Assembly: GCA_951406725.2 (NCBI GenBank)
Contig: OX597814.1
Coordinates: 68,324,001 to 68,388,000, forward strand
DNA length: 64,000 bases
Direction: 5' to 3'
From: Octopus vulgaris
Taxonomy: Eukaryota
Shown: piece after piece, positions 13,008 through 25,789 of the stretch
Layout of the letters: each line of letters opens with the position of its first letter
Position numbering within the stretch: the stretch's first letter is position 1
The notes under the pieces: model-generated
Database searches by the model: none
Seen by the model: the letters and a program-made list of their open reading frames with translations, nothing else
What the model was told of the DNA's origin: nothing
Program-made: the position numbers and the translations under genes

Positions 13008-13138
13008 CTTTGTAAATACTGATAGGGCACAGAAAGTGTGTCAATAGCCAGATGGAGACGATGCTCTCCTGGGCTACAACCTACAGTAGCATCCACCCTT
13101 AGTAGTTAGTCACATTTAGTTGGCAAATATACTTCACA
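13008..13138 (+). repeat. Structured repeat 'X', 3' part (direct repeat of 15331-15433 and 34150-34258)
   Basis: Shared sequence ctttg(t/c)aaatactgatagggcacagaaagtgtgtcaatagccag...ctcctgggcta...gcaaatatacttcaca. Confidence 0.85.
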
Positions 13139-13390
13139 TTGTCGTGCAGCTACTGTTTATACCTTTTTACACTTTTTCGAGATCAGTGACTTTTCGTCAC
13201 TGGAAAAAGGTAGTGATTTTTACCTCTTTCGGGAGAATTTTTGATTTTGGATTCTACGTTTTTTTGTTGCTGCTACTGAGTGAGGTCGTTTTCATCCGTG
13301 TTTTCTGTTGATTTTGAACTGTTGTTTTTGTGAACTGTTTCTTTTGTGTCAGTTATTTTCCCCTGTTAACTGAAATTTTTTCTTGCCTTT

Positions 13391-15230
13391 GTGACGCTGA
13401 TCCAGAAGGACCCAAGCAAGGGAGATAACATTAGTAACTATAGGCCCATAACTCTGCTTAATGTAGAGTTAAAGATTTTGGCCAAGGTGTTAGCAAAAAG
13501 GTTGACGGCTGTCGTGGAGAAGCTTGGTGGGAAGGCCCAGACTTGTGCAATACCAGACAGGTCGATCCAGGACAATCTTCATCTCCTCCCCAACACCTTA
13601 GAGAGGGTAGGTAAAAGGATGGGCATTGGTCCACTTAGACCAAAGTAAAGCATTCGACAGGGTAGACCACCGGTACCTGGGGGCTGTCCTCAAAGCGGCT
13701 GGGATAGGCCCTGGCTTTCGCAGGTGGAGCTCCGCTATGTACGGCGGCATCAAGTCCACCGTCCAGATAAACGGTTACCCAACGGAGCCGTTTTCGATCA
13801 AGCGGTCTGTTCGTGAAGGATGTCCCCTGTCTCCGATTATGTATGTTCTGTCACTGGAGCCATTGCTGTGGTGGCTGGAGACGTTAGGCGGGCAACCATA
13901 TTGAGATTGGATACGGTAAGTTCACTTCTGCTTATGCGGATGACGTCACACTCATCGTGTCTAAAGAAGCACAACTACCTCATGTAAAAGATGCTCTCCG
14001 AAGATACGAAGCGATGGCAGGAGCAAAGGTTAACAAGAACAAGTCCATTGGTTTGCGCCTTGGCACCTGGAGGAACAAGCCGATATCATCCAGTGTCGTC
14101 GGACACTGGACAGATGATCCTGTTAAGTTGCTTGGAGTTTGGTTTGGTTCAGACTCCCAAACAGAGAAGAATTGGAGCGAGGTACTGGATAAGGTGGAGG
14201 CCACAGTACGGAAGGTCCGGAAGGTCTCTGTCCTTGAAGGGTAGAGCGGAGGTGGTGCAGGTGTTTATAGCATATGTAATCACCTGCCGCCTGTCCGTTG
14301 TGCCTTGCTCCAATTTTTGGCTAAACAAGCTGGTACGACTCCTCTTCCGCATTTTGTGGAGACGGGGAAAGCCACTTGTGAGGCGCTCCGTATGCTGCCA
14401 AGAACCACTAAAGGGTGCTTGGGGATGCCCTGGCCAATGATGCGCAGACATGCGTTGAGGCTGAGACATCTCTGGTGTGGAGTCCGTTGGCGGAGGAGTT
14501 CTTGCCACGACCGACTTCTCTGGAGAGATTTAAACCCGATTTCATTAAAAGACGTAAGCTGACTTTATGGCAGAAGGAGTGCCGTCAGGCACTCTGGCTG
14601 ATCCACAAGACGGGCAAAGCCGGCTGCGGGAATACCGTTCAGCATGCTTTTGTAACATGTCGGGAGCTATCTAGCTTGATAAGTTACGTAGAACGTGTTG
14701 TCGCACCTGGGACGAGTACAGCTGTCGGGTGGATCTATAATAAAGATGATACCGCCACCTGGACTCACAAAGGAAGGTAAGGCTTGTTTTTACTCTACGG
14801 TTGCAGTACTAAAAGAGTGTGTATGGAGGACCAGAATGGAAGGTTTTGTGACAGGTTCCTTCATCTCCGGCCCCGGTTTGCTATATTACTTCAGATGCCA
14901 TCTGAAGAGCAACATTGAGTTGGAAAGGAAGACCCTGCCACCGAGTGATTACGAAAAACGAGGGAAGGATGTGGGGCCTTATAGGCTGCCGGGTTCAAAT
15001 TTTTAACCTGCATTTTCCCTTTTTCTTTTTAGCTTATGTTATGTTCTCTAGTTTTATTTTTAAAAACACAAAAGTTCTCGTTGTAAAGGCAAAAGTAAGC
15101 CAAGGTTTCGTTTATGTCATATTACAATTAAATTTTTAAAAGTCTCATTCGAACACATGTAACATTTTTGTATTTGTCTTGTTATGTCCTTTTCTATGTT
15201 AGATCTCATGATCATAATAAAGATTTTATC
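13391..15230 (+). mobile_element. Internally deleted L1/Tx1-like LINE (RT region and 3' UTR)
   Basis: NYRPITLLN, LDQSKAFDRVDH, SVREGCPLSP and AYADD. Homologous to 30226-32443 and ending in AATAAAGAT. Confidence 0.9.
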
Positions 15231-15246
15231 GAAGACCAGTGATTGT

Positions 15247-15294
15247 CGTGCGCTGACGATGACAGGTAAATACTCAGAAACCCAGGTCCGTGCG
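15247..15294 (+). ncRNA. Type I hammerhead ribozyme at the start of repeat X
   Basis: cgtgcg-CTGACGA-tga(...)tca-GAAA-cc(ca)g-GTC-cgtgcg. Canonical core with a GUC triplet. Confidence 0.75.
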
Positions 15295-15875
15295 TATCGC
15301 GTCAGGTCGACGATGGGAAGGATGGTTTCGCTTTGCAAATACTGATAGGGCACAGAAAGTGTGTCAATAGCCAGCTGGAGAAGATGTTCTCCTGGGGCTA
15401 CAAGCTACATTTAGCAGGCAAATATACTTCACAAACACACACACACACAGAGGGAGGGAGAGAGAGAAAAAGTAGGAAGATAAATTTTTTTCAACACATA
15501 AATACTGAACAGTATATATAATAGATAAAATCCTTTTAAGGACAGAAAAATATTTCTACTTCTTATACGATATGTTTCAACACTTCAAAAGCAATTATGT
15601 TTATTTACATATGACGTAATATGTACGTATGTATGTATGTGGGTGTGTATGTATGTATGCAATGTATGTATGTATGTATGTATGTATGTATAGATAATTA
15701 TAAAACGGAGAAAAAAGACAAGAAACAAACAACAACACGAGGACTGGCACATGTAAAGTATTAATAATGCGTTCAGAGAAACAAAAGAGTGGTTGCTTTA
15801 CGTTTCGGAAACAGGAAGCTTAGGGAAGTCCAAAGGAAAAGGAAGAAGGAGGAAAAACACTGCCAACAGTCGACG

Positions 15876-16039
<164 letters not shown>

Positions 16040-16049
16040 TAGGAATACT

Positions 16050-16980
16050 TCACTTTACGGAAGTAACGGGTTTCCAAAAATCTGGCTGTAACTGGAACTA
16101 CCGTTATGCGAAATTAATTCTTTTTTATTGATTTTCCTGTTATCAAAAGAGATAGCGTCCCTACGAAATTTTTCGAAAAAATTACTTGAAAACTCAGAAA
16201 AAGGAACACGATACTAAACATGCACAGTAAGATACAGATACATAAAAACAATAACATTTCAAGAAAAATATGTTAGGGGGATGTGGGACAATTTTTATTA
16301 TTTTATAGTCCATTATCACCAACATCAGCTTGAGAGCTGAATGACTTATCCAAAGTTGTTTGTTGTTTATGGCGCATCATCTCTTTGTGTAGCTCAGTGT
16401 AGAAACAGAGCTCATTGTAAATGCTTCTCGTAATTTTTATATTATGTCCGCTATTGGGATCATTATCAGAAAACACCTGCAGTCCTTCCTCTATAAGTGC
16501 CAACTTTTGTAATCAATTTATGTGGTTTAGATGGAATTCCCTTTGTCTCATCTGTAATTTCAGCTTGTTCTTTTTATGATAATATCAGCTCCTCGTTATA
16601 TAAACTTTCTCTCTGGAAATTAGCAACTCAGTTACATCATCCTCTTTGACTTCTTCAAATTCACTTCTGAAAAGACTCACAGTCATACATGTTTTCTGAT
16701 TTGAGCGCCAAATCAGAGGTAGATTAAACTTTGTGTAACGATTGAACGACTTTGAATTTTCGGAGTGATACACGAGAAGGGGCTTTAATTTCATACCACC
16801 AGCGACATTTCCTCCAAAAAAAGTGTCAGATGATTTTTGGAAGCTTTAAATCCTTGTGAAGATTTTTCTTTCGGAAAAATGCAGTTTCATCAATATTACA
16901 TACTGTGTCTGGTGTGTGGTCTCATCAGAAATAATTTTCTCCAACTACTCGGGATAATTAGTAGCAGCCTCTGTGGCGTT
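16050..16980 (-). mobile_element. Degenerate Tigger/pogo-like DNA transposon
   Basis: GGNVAGGMKLKPLLVYHSEN...LPLIWRSNQKTCMT..LF, FEEVKEDDVTELL and QTTLDKSF. Confidence 0.75.
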
Positions 16981-18017
16981 TGGTCAGAGGTTAAGGACAG
17001 ATGAGAATTCTGTAATACAATAATTGTATTCTACCAGTCCCAAGTTGAATTCCAAGTGTTGGTAAATTTAACGAGGCAAATGCCATTTATCTCCCCCTTG
17101 ATCTCTGACGTCATCCAAGATGACGCCAACCAAGATGGTGTGAATCAGCTAGAAATAGCAACCCTAATACTTTTAAATCAGATCCCAATGCTGGATGTTT
17201 AAGAATCAAATGAAGAGCAGATTTTCAATCCTTTGATCAACCTGATTCCAAAAAGGTCTAATATGTCTATGTAGAGCAAATGTAGATTGAGATACAGGCC
17301 TCCTAGACGGGCCGTCAGAATTTCGCTTTTACTATGATGGTAGGCAAAAGTTGCAGAGTGACTAAAAGACCGAGTGTTTCTTGCGCTGGTCTTTATCAAC
17401 AGATAAGTTGGCACTTACCAAACATCATTATTAAAGCATCAAAGTTAAATTAGTTTCTTGAAAGTCTTAAGTAATCGACATGCCGAAAAGGCAGTAAAGA
17501 CTATATAAAAAACAGAATCTCAAACACGGAACATAAATTCTATGCAGGAATGAGCAGACGTTCGTGTACTTATGAGTGTATACATGTCTCTGCGTAACTA
17601 TGTATATTTGCATGCATCTCCACTTTTGTTTATGTAATTGTCCGCATACATTTCTGTTTATTCCCGTGCGTTTTTGTATTCTTGGTATGTTTTAATGTAC
17701 ATTATATATATCCATGTCATTGGCTTCATGCATAAATGCATCTGACTACAAACCGTTACGACAATGTTATTTGATTAGATGAGCCCAACTTTGCTGAAAC
17801 ATTACTTTTTGATGTCACTGTCCACACTTTTGGATTTTGTGCACACTCTAAATAAAGGACGTCTGTAGCCGTAAACACAGACGTGGAGATACACTAGCTC
17901 GCGCACGTACACAGACGCACACACACATACAACACATATCTACATATATATATAAACAAATCTCTTTCTCTCTCTCTCTCTATATATATATATACATACA
18001 TATATATATATATATAA

Positions 18018-18129
18018 GGACACAGGAAATGTGTCAAGGCTGACAGGAAGCGTTGATACTTCCTAGGGCTAAATAGCGGTGGTGTGATTCCCTGATGGGA
18101 CTGTCACGTTAAGTTGACAGTATACAACT

Positions 18130-18131
<2 letters not shown>
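18018..18131 (+). repeat. Diverged relative of the repeat X 3' structured domain
   Basis: Same hairpin order: gacaca/tgtgtc, aggaag/cttcct, actgtca/tgacagt. Confidence 0.5.
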
Positions 18132-18225
<94 letters not shown>

Positions 18226-18629
18226 AGAACGCAAAACATCCAGACAGACGAAGCAAACAACCAGGGACAGGTCATTCGGAGTTTTCTATCCTCAGTCGAG
18301 TTCCAGATTATTTTTGCAATTTCGGCTGGTTATACTCGAGATTGCTCCAACCTGGCCAGCCCCAAGGAACAACTAAACTAAGAGCATTAGATTCCTTGGA
18401 AGCAAGCAGCGAATGTATACGAAAACAAGGACGGAAAAAACGGAGAAATATTACACAAATACAAATGCAATTAACAGGACATAACAACAGGTGTCTTTCG
18501 ACTAAGGACTAATTAAATTAAGCTGGCGTGTGTGGACATAAAATTTGACAGGCACAGGGATGAATATAAATGTTGCACGGATGGTAGTCGAACCAAGAAA
18601 GATAGGTCAGGCAAATCGACTCCAGGACT

Positions 18630-18958
18630 TATTCTTTGTAAGACTAGTATTTATTCTATCGGCCTCTTTTTGCCGAACCGCTAAGTTACGGGGACATAAA
18701 CACACCAGCATAGGTTGTCAAGCAATGTTAGGGGGACAAACACAAACACACAAACATATACACACACATACACACACATACACATACATGTATATGACAG
18801 GCTTCTTTCAGTTTCCGTCTACCAAATCCACTCACAAGGCGTTGGTCGGCCCGAGGCTATAGTAGAAGACACTTGCCTATGGTGCCACGCAGTGGGAATG
18901 AACCTGGAACCATGTGGTTGGTAAGCAATCTACTCACCACACAGCCACTCCTGCGCCT
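18630..18958 (-). repeat. tRNA-derived CORE-type SINE (octopus OR-like)
   Basis: The minus strand begins ggcgcaggagtggctgtgtggtgagtag...ggttccaggttcattcccactgcgtggcacc...gcaagtgtcttctactatagcc, with A/B-box-like motifs and a core domain. Confidence 0.75.
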
Positions 18959-19841
18959 AGCTACTTACCACACAGCCACTCCATATACTTGGAAATGGAT
19001 GCGTGGCGTTCAATTAATTAATAATATAAATAATATATATATATATATGCATATATACACATATACATATCTGTGGATATATGTATATGTCGGCTTATAT
19101 TAGAGAAGATATAGAATTAGTGACGATTAAATATTTTGTTTACGTTATTATGTTGCGCCTAACCAATTATATTATATTATGTTATATATGATATCATATT
19201 ATATCATATATATATATGTACATACATTTACAGACAATACAAATAAAATTGGTACAATCCTATACAAAAGTTTATCAAAGAATGAGATTTAAGTGACACC
19301 TTATGCCGATGAAGATTCAAAGCTACACTTTACATTTGCCTAAAAGCGTAGATGTTAATAATAGGTTATCTTTAACATTGTACAAAGAGATACTGTTACT
19401 TCATTTACTTTTCTTTCGTTGACTACATACACAAGTTCCCGACCACTCTTTTCCTCCCTCAGATGTACACATACATCTACACACACACATAGACATAACT
19501 ACAGCTAAGTAGCGCACTAAGCACCCTCGAATTTGACCATTTTGTCCCACAAATGTTTTCTACTGCACCGATGTTCTCAATATTCAATACTAGATTGCCA
19601 ACATGCTTTCTAACATAACTGAAATATAATGACTTGAAAATATGTTCAGCTCTTACATTTGGGCGATTTAACGAAATTAAGGCCCATAAAGTTTTCCTCT
19701 ACTGTACCAAATTTTATACCTTTTGAATTCCCCTGATTTAGATCTTTGAAAATTTATCTATGTAGATACTCGATAAAATACCTTTTATTGCATATTAACA
19801 CACATATACGTGAGCGCACACATGCATATATATATGTGTGG

Positions 19842-19907
<66 letters not shown>

Positions 19908-19932
19908 CATATATATATACATATATATATAG

Positions 19933-20059
<127 letters not shown>

Positions 20060-20512
20060 AGCGAACTTTAGATTAGTTAAATATGTTAGTGATATATTTC
20101 AATTCTTAAAAGGCAAATTCACTGCAGTTACCGTAGAGAAAATATTTCTCTTATGGTAAAAAGGTGTGAAAACACCCTATTAGTTCAGTGTCACCATCTA
20201 TTGGGAATCCTAGACATCGATGTTTGATGCTACTTGGCTTTTATCAATGAGATGTACCTAAGAACTGGTACTCTGAACAAATCTTATAAAGCAATAGCTT
20301 TAAGTAAAATACAGTCAACAACGTTGACTTATTTGCGCTGGTAGATCGCGCGATGTCTGAGATTTCTGATAGATGGCGTCACTGAACAAACTGGGCATCA
20401 TCACACCATTTTACTATAAGAAAAGTATTTTCTTTACGGTAACTGCCATGAATTTGCCTTTTAGCAGTTGAAATATGTCACAAACATGTTTGAGCTAACC
20501 TAAATTTTGCAT
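20060..20512. mobile_element. Palindromic MITE
   Basis: Imperfect inverted arms at about 20060-20222 and 20352-20512, for example aaaaggcaaattca/tgaatttgcctttt and cagttaccgta/tacggtaactg. Confidence 0.7.
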
Positions 20513-20976
20513 GTACCTAAACACTGCGCGGTGCTAACGTTTCATTATATATATAATATGCAAATGTGTGTGGGGGTGCATGTGTTTGGAGGTTTTTGAA
20601 ATATTTAGAAGGAAAAGAGCAGGCTATTCTGGAATGATACAGTTCCGAAGTGGGATAATTTGAGGTAGCTTACTGCTAAACCAAACTACAGATGATGTTT
20701 GATATATAATGAAAAATATCTGACATAGCGGGTCCGGTAGAAGATACACGATAATTATGTCTAAAGTCATTTAGAAAGCAGTAGGAAACTTGTGTATAAT
20801 ATAATTAGGCAAAAATGTTTGCTAGTATTTTTAATTTCTATGAATGAGTATGTATTCGCTTATGACAATCTAAATGCATCAGTGGAATTGATTAGCATGA
20901 AGTGCAAGTGCTTATCTTTACTAGTAGCTATGAAATGATGTGGTTATCTTTATAAAAACAAATATCATCTACTTAC

Positions 20977-21152
20977 CCCATGTGAACCATCGGAGCTTCT
21001 GGTCCTACTGGCATTCCAGAGCCAATAGCACAAAGACAAGACACGAATTTTACCAGCAGAGTCCCCATACTGAACACATCTGGTATGTAAGTCCCATTTA
21101 AATAAGCACTCACTTGAGGCATTCCCGAACCTCCAGCAGACGGTTTCAAAAA
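20977..21152 (-). CDS. CLC chloride channel/transporter exon (selectivity-filter motifs)
   Basis: ttttag|FLKPSAGGSGMPQVSAYLNGTYIPDVFSMGTLLVKFVSCLCAIGSGMPVGPEAPMVHMG|gtaagt. It contains GSGxP and GxExP signatures and starts in phase 0. Confidence 0.93.
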
Positions 21153-21199
21153 CTAAAATAAATATAAAGATTCACAATAGCCTTTCTCCTGCCCGTATA

Positions 21200-23530
21200 C
21201 TTTAAGGTGGTATTATATAGATGTAGAATATTTAGAAAATATTTGTGGAACAAGTTTCATACATTTGCAAAAAAGAAGAAAGGAAAATCAAAATTTTACA
21301 AACTTTACTCTTCCAGCTTTCCAGTGAGAGTCGTGCAACAACAGCCCTTCTCCGAGTATAATCTTAAGTCCTATCATGAGCCTGCTGCTTCCAGGCCCAA
21401 ACATATTTTCCAATACCTCCGCCATAGTCCTCGAACAGATTTTGACAGATTCACCTCGCTTCCTACACATAATCTTTGGTTTTTACTTGAGAGAAGTTAT
21501 CAATGGTTTCTTCATGGACATGTGTGGCACACAGACAGTCATTTTCAGCTATCTCACGGTGACAGTCACCCCTAGGTTACTCAATTTGGATTTTTCTATG
21601 CTTCTTTTAATCGTGATGTGCTCATGCCATGATATTCTTACTTTGATACTAGGACATTTTTATAGATTGTACTAGTCTTTTTTTTTACATATCTCGCGGA
21701 TATACATCACCGTTGGTAAATACATGTAGAATCTGGTGCTGATGAAGTATATGGACCATATAATGTTTAGGCACAAGAAGATAGCTGCAGGTTTCTCGAG
21801 TGTCTTCTCTACATCGCTTTCCGAGTTCCAATATTTAGTAGATTGAGTGCATATACACTACATAACATATAGAAATGAGGTACTTAAGTTTTCAACAAGC
21901 AAGATACAAATATGACAACAAGTGAATGAGTTTGCGCGATATCGAATCTATTTGGCCAAAATAAAGTATCTGGCTAAGGGTAAAACGATTCACAGCACAG
22001 AATTATATCTTTGGAAGTTTCAGGAGAGCATAAGTATGACTCACCCTACAGTAACACGTTATATTACGTGTCTATACCAGCGACTCTATTCAGAATAGTT
22101 CAACAAATTATCACATAGACACAGTAAACAACTCGTGGAAATGTTTGAAGAATGTGTGCAATATGCTACAAACTAGAGTTATGAATTATGCTGACAGTCT
22201 ACTGCAGGCAATGTCAATCATCATAGTAAGCGATGTGTCAGATATAATTAATGACAATGAAGTGGGAAACACAAGAAAAAAGAATGAAAAAAGAAAAAAA
22301 ACGCATGCCCAACACAATACAATTGTAGCAGGAGGGGTGAACACCCAGGAATCTGTACAAAGATGCCGATGGAAAGGACTCCCAACTAGCGGAGCTTAGA
22401 CACATTTTGAAAGACAAACTCAGAACACTTCGCAGGGCAGAGTGGCACACAAAACGAAAAAACACAAGGATTAGGAAGTAGAGATTTTCAGTTTCCAAAC
22501 CGTTAAGATTTTCGAAGAAGCTGTTTGACGAACAGTAAAGTAGGTATCTCAAGAGTTGAGTGGATATAATAAATGTCTTCACCACTCCTGAATACGAAAG
22601 AGCTGGAGTTTCTCAAAACGAAATCCTTATGAGAACAGGCCCTATGGGGCTTGGCCTGAATAAATCAAGCCGAAATTTCAGTATGTTACTAACGTTGTAA
22701 AGTCATACTCTGCTCACGGACCCTGCAGAATACAGTGCTGCGTTATCCGAGGTTCATGCTGTAACTGTAGAAGTATCTAAAAGAGATCTGACGCAGAGAG
22801 AAAGAGAGAGAGAGGCAGATAAAGAAAGAGAGAGGGAGTGTCGCTAGCTAATGGAGAATTTTAGTAGTGTTTAGATCCAAGATCCACAAGGGCAATTCTA
22901 AAAAGATCGAACAGTTTTGAACCATTTCTCTACTTAACAGAGAAGAAAAAACGTTTCAGTTATCTTGTTCGACGGTTGGAAAAAATTTTTTTCCTAAATA
23001 ATGGCTACGTTGATACATAAGTACAGAAATGCATGATCTCTGACACCTGGCTACTTAGAAAAGGCAGTTCTCATGTATGCATCTCTTAACAGAAGCAAAG
23101 AAAGATCACGAAGTTCTGGTGATTTTGCGGTTATCACTCACAAATGCCTATGAGTTGAGGCTGCATCATCTCAGTATATAAGTTACTATAACTGGTTGCA
23201 CCATCTCAGATATCATTATTGCATTAACCATGAAGATAGTGGTCAAAGTAGCAGTGGTGGATTGTCATGGATTCAAGACAAAGATTGGCGCGCAGAAGTC
23301 ATTAATAAGAGCTACTATCATAGAAAACTTTAACTGCAGCCTGTAGGACAAAGATGACATCTGCAAAAATCACAGTGGCTTTAAGGCCTCGATCATCAAG
23401 CTGGCAAATCTTGGTTGTCCGATCAATCTGATGGTGTACTGATAAAGTCTGAGTTTACCAGCATGCCATCCTGCTAAGGATATCTTGACTATTCGTACTA
23501 TACGATATCAGTATATCAGCTGTATAGCCC
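21200..23530. mobile_element. Highly decayed RLE-type (HERO/NeSL-like) LINE remnants
   Basis: Scattered residues such as LRRAEWH..RK...FSKKLF, NNGYVDT.VQK and GCTIS. Many stops. Confidence 0.35.
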
Positions 23531-23719
23531 AGACAAACAAGATCGATGGTTCTATGAAATGTTAGTTTTGTATATTAAGAAACCTACTCAAAGCCTAAAC
23601 AATGGCACCCTTATTTCGATTATATCGGATTGATTGTATATGTACATCCAGAGAGACAGACAGACAGCCAATCAACCAACCAACCATACATACATACAAA
23701 TATACAGAGGCAGGGAGAG

Positions 23720-23777
<58 letters not shown>

Positions 23778-25105
23778 TGAATTAAAGCTATAGAGGACCA
23801 AAAATCCTAAGAGAACTTAATACCCGGCATGCAGTTAGCTGTAGAGACAATATGTACATTTTACAGATTTACTCTTAATGCAAAAATGTCTACTTTCTAT
23901 AATTACAATTACTTTTCGGGAAATAGAAATTCTGAATCCTTAAATACTTCCGGAAATTTCTTTGTGATTCAAAGTTTCATAAAAATCTGAATTGTGATCA
24001 TTAACATTATTTCTTTACTGAATAGGACATCAAAAATTATTGAGTGAGTAGTCACACGGCGTCATTATATATAATTTGAAAACGTATATAATGCGGCTTC
24101 GTAACCGTATATCAAAATTTAAATGTAAATACGCACTTACAAATAAATGGAAATTATCTAATTAATGAGGTAGCATGTGATTAACAAAGCCACTAGTGAA
24201 TCTTCTATAGATTTTAACAGCCGCGATGTAGTAGTATTATAGTTAGTTGCTATAAATGTAAAGGTGATGTCTTAGATAGAAACAATTACAGAGGTATCAA
24301 ACTGCTGGGCCAGGTCATGAAAATTACAAAGAGAGTTATAGCTCAATTGATTAGGAATAGAATTAAACTAGATGAGATGCAGTTTCGCTTTATTCTTAGG
24401 AGATGTACCACAGATGCCATCTTCTTAGTCTTGCAACTTACTTGGTAATCCTGCCGGTGCTGGTGCCACTTAGAAAACATCCAGTCCACACTGTGAAGTG
24501 TTTGGCATTATGGAAGGTCATCCTGCTGTAAAAGACATGCCAGAACTGACCTGTCCTGTGCTGGTGCCACGTAAAAAGCACTCATTCCACTCTACAGGAT
24601 GTTTGGTGTTAGGAAGGGTATCCAGCAATAAAAAAACCATGCCAAAACAGACACTTTTTCCTGGGATAGCCTTGTATCTGGTCGACTCTTGTCGAACCGT
24701 CCAACCCATGCCTCTATGGAAGACGAACGTTAAATTTTATTGTCAAATTTTGATTAATCACATTGACCATCTGCAGTTCATTCTTTGGATCACATTCTTC
24801 TAATGTGTTAATGATAAAGGGATTTTTATGTATGAGTGTATGCGCGCGCATATACAAGAGTATGTTTGCATGTACATAAATATTACACGCGTGCGCGCGC
24901 ACACACACATTTACACGTGCATGGTCATGTGTGTTTGTATTTTTGAAGAGATATTATAGTAGCTGTATTTGAAATCTTGCTACTTTCATTTATAGGCTAG
25001 CGAAAAATTGACATTGATAGAAACTGAATTCAGTGCTCCATTTTGTATGTTTCTAAAATCAATCAATACGGTAGTCATGTAAATTTAGAAACAGCGTCTA
25101 CTCAC

Positions 25106-25186
25106 CACGACGGATGCCGAACTAATAAATACAAAAATCACTGCATAGCCGACGCTCCACAGCCACGCTAAGTCATATTCTTCTTT
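25106..25186 (-). CDS. CLC chloride channel/transporter exon
   Basis: ataacag|KEEYDLAWLWSVGYAVIFVFISSASVV|gtgagt. It is 81 nt, phase 0-0, and joins both neighbouring exons in frame. Confidence 0.85.
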
Positions 25187-25442
25187 CTGTTATAAAAAGA
25201 GAACAAATTCCATATAGCAATTTTTTTTTCCTTTTAAGAATTAAATAAAGCATAATATTTTAGCTGGTGCGGGAATGAAAAATTGCATCACTTGTCACCT
25301 GAAATTTTCTATGGCTTGCAACCTTCACGCAAATATATTCAGAAAATATATTCAGAAAATTATGCTATGTAGCAAATAATCACATATACCTAGCAATCCC
25401 GATATTCTAGCCAGTAATGAAGTATAGAATATCGCAATATTC

Positions 25443-25571
25443 TTTTCTACTCTAGTCACAATGCCCGAAATTTTGGGTGAGGGGGCCAGTCAATAAGCTC
25501 GATCCCAGTACGCAACTTGCACTTAATTTATCGACTACGAAAGGATAAAAGGCCAAGTCGACCTCGGCGGA
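25443..25571 (-). repeat. SINE fragment (Nin-domain-like); related copies at about 38160-38370 and 61665-61770
   Basis: Shared motif: caact(g/t)gtactt...tcga...cgaaaggat..aaggc...gtcgac.tcggcg. Confidence 0.6.
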
Positions 25572-25789
25572 GAATATCGCAATATTTTAGCTGGTGATAA
25601 TAATGACGGCGACAACAGCGACGTGGAGAGATGAAGATGATGATGATGATGGTACTAATGATTACTCAGGTGCCTACATTTGTTTAAATTGCTTTTTAAA
25701 AGGATTGTTTCCATCAGACAATTTTGAATTTGTTATTAATTTTCCCCCACCAGACTGATAAGTGATTAGGTAACTAGCTGGTTAATCAG

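Noticed and set aside
15770-15870. Hammerhead remnant (cgaaacgta) on the minus strand
   Set aside because: The CUGANGA box and stem II are missing.
17416-17502. Possible further CLC exon (AG...GTAAGT on the minus strand)
   Set aside because: Stops in all three frames and no CLC similarity.
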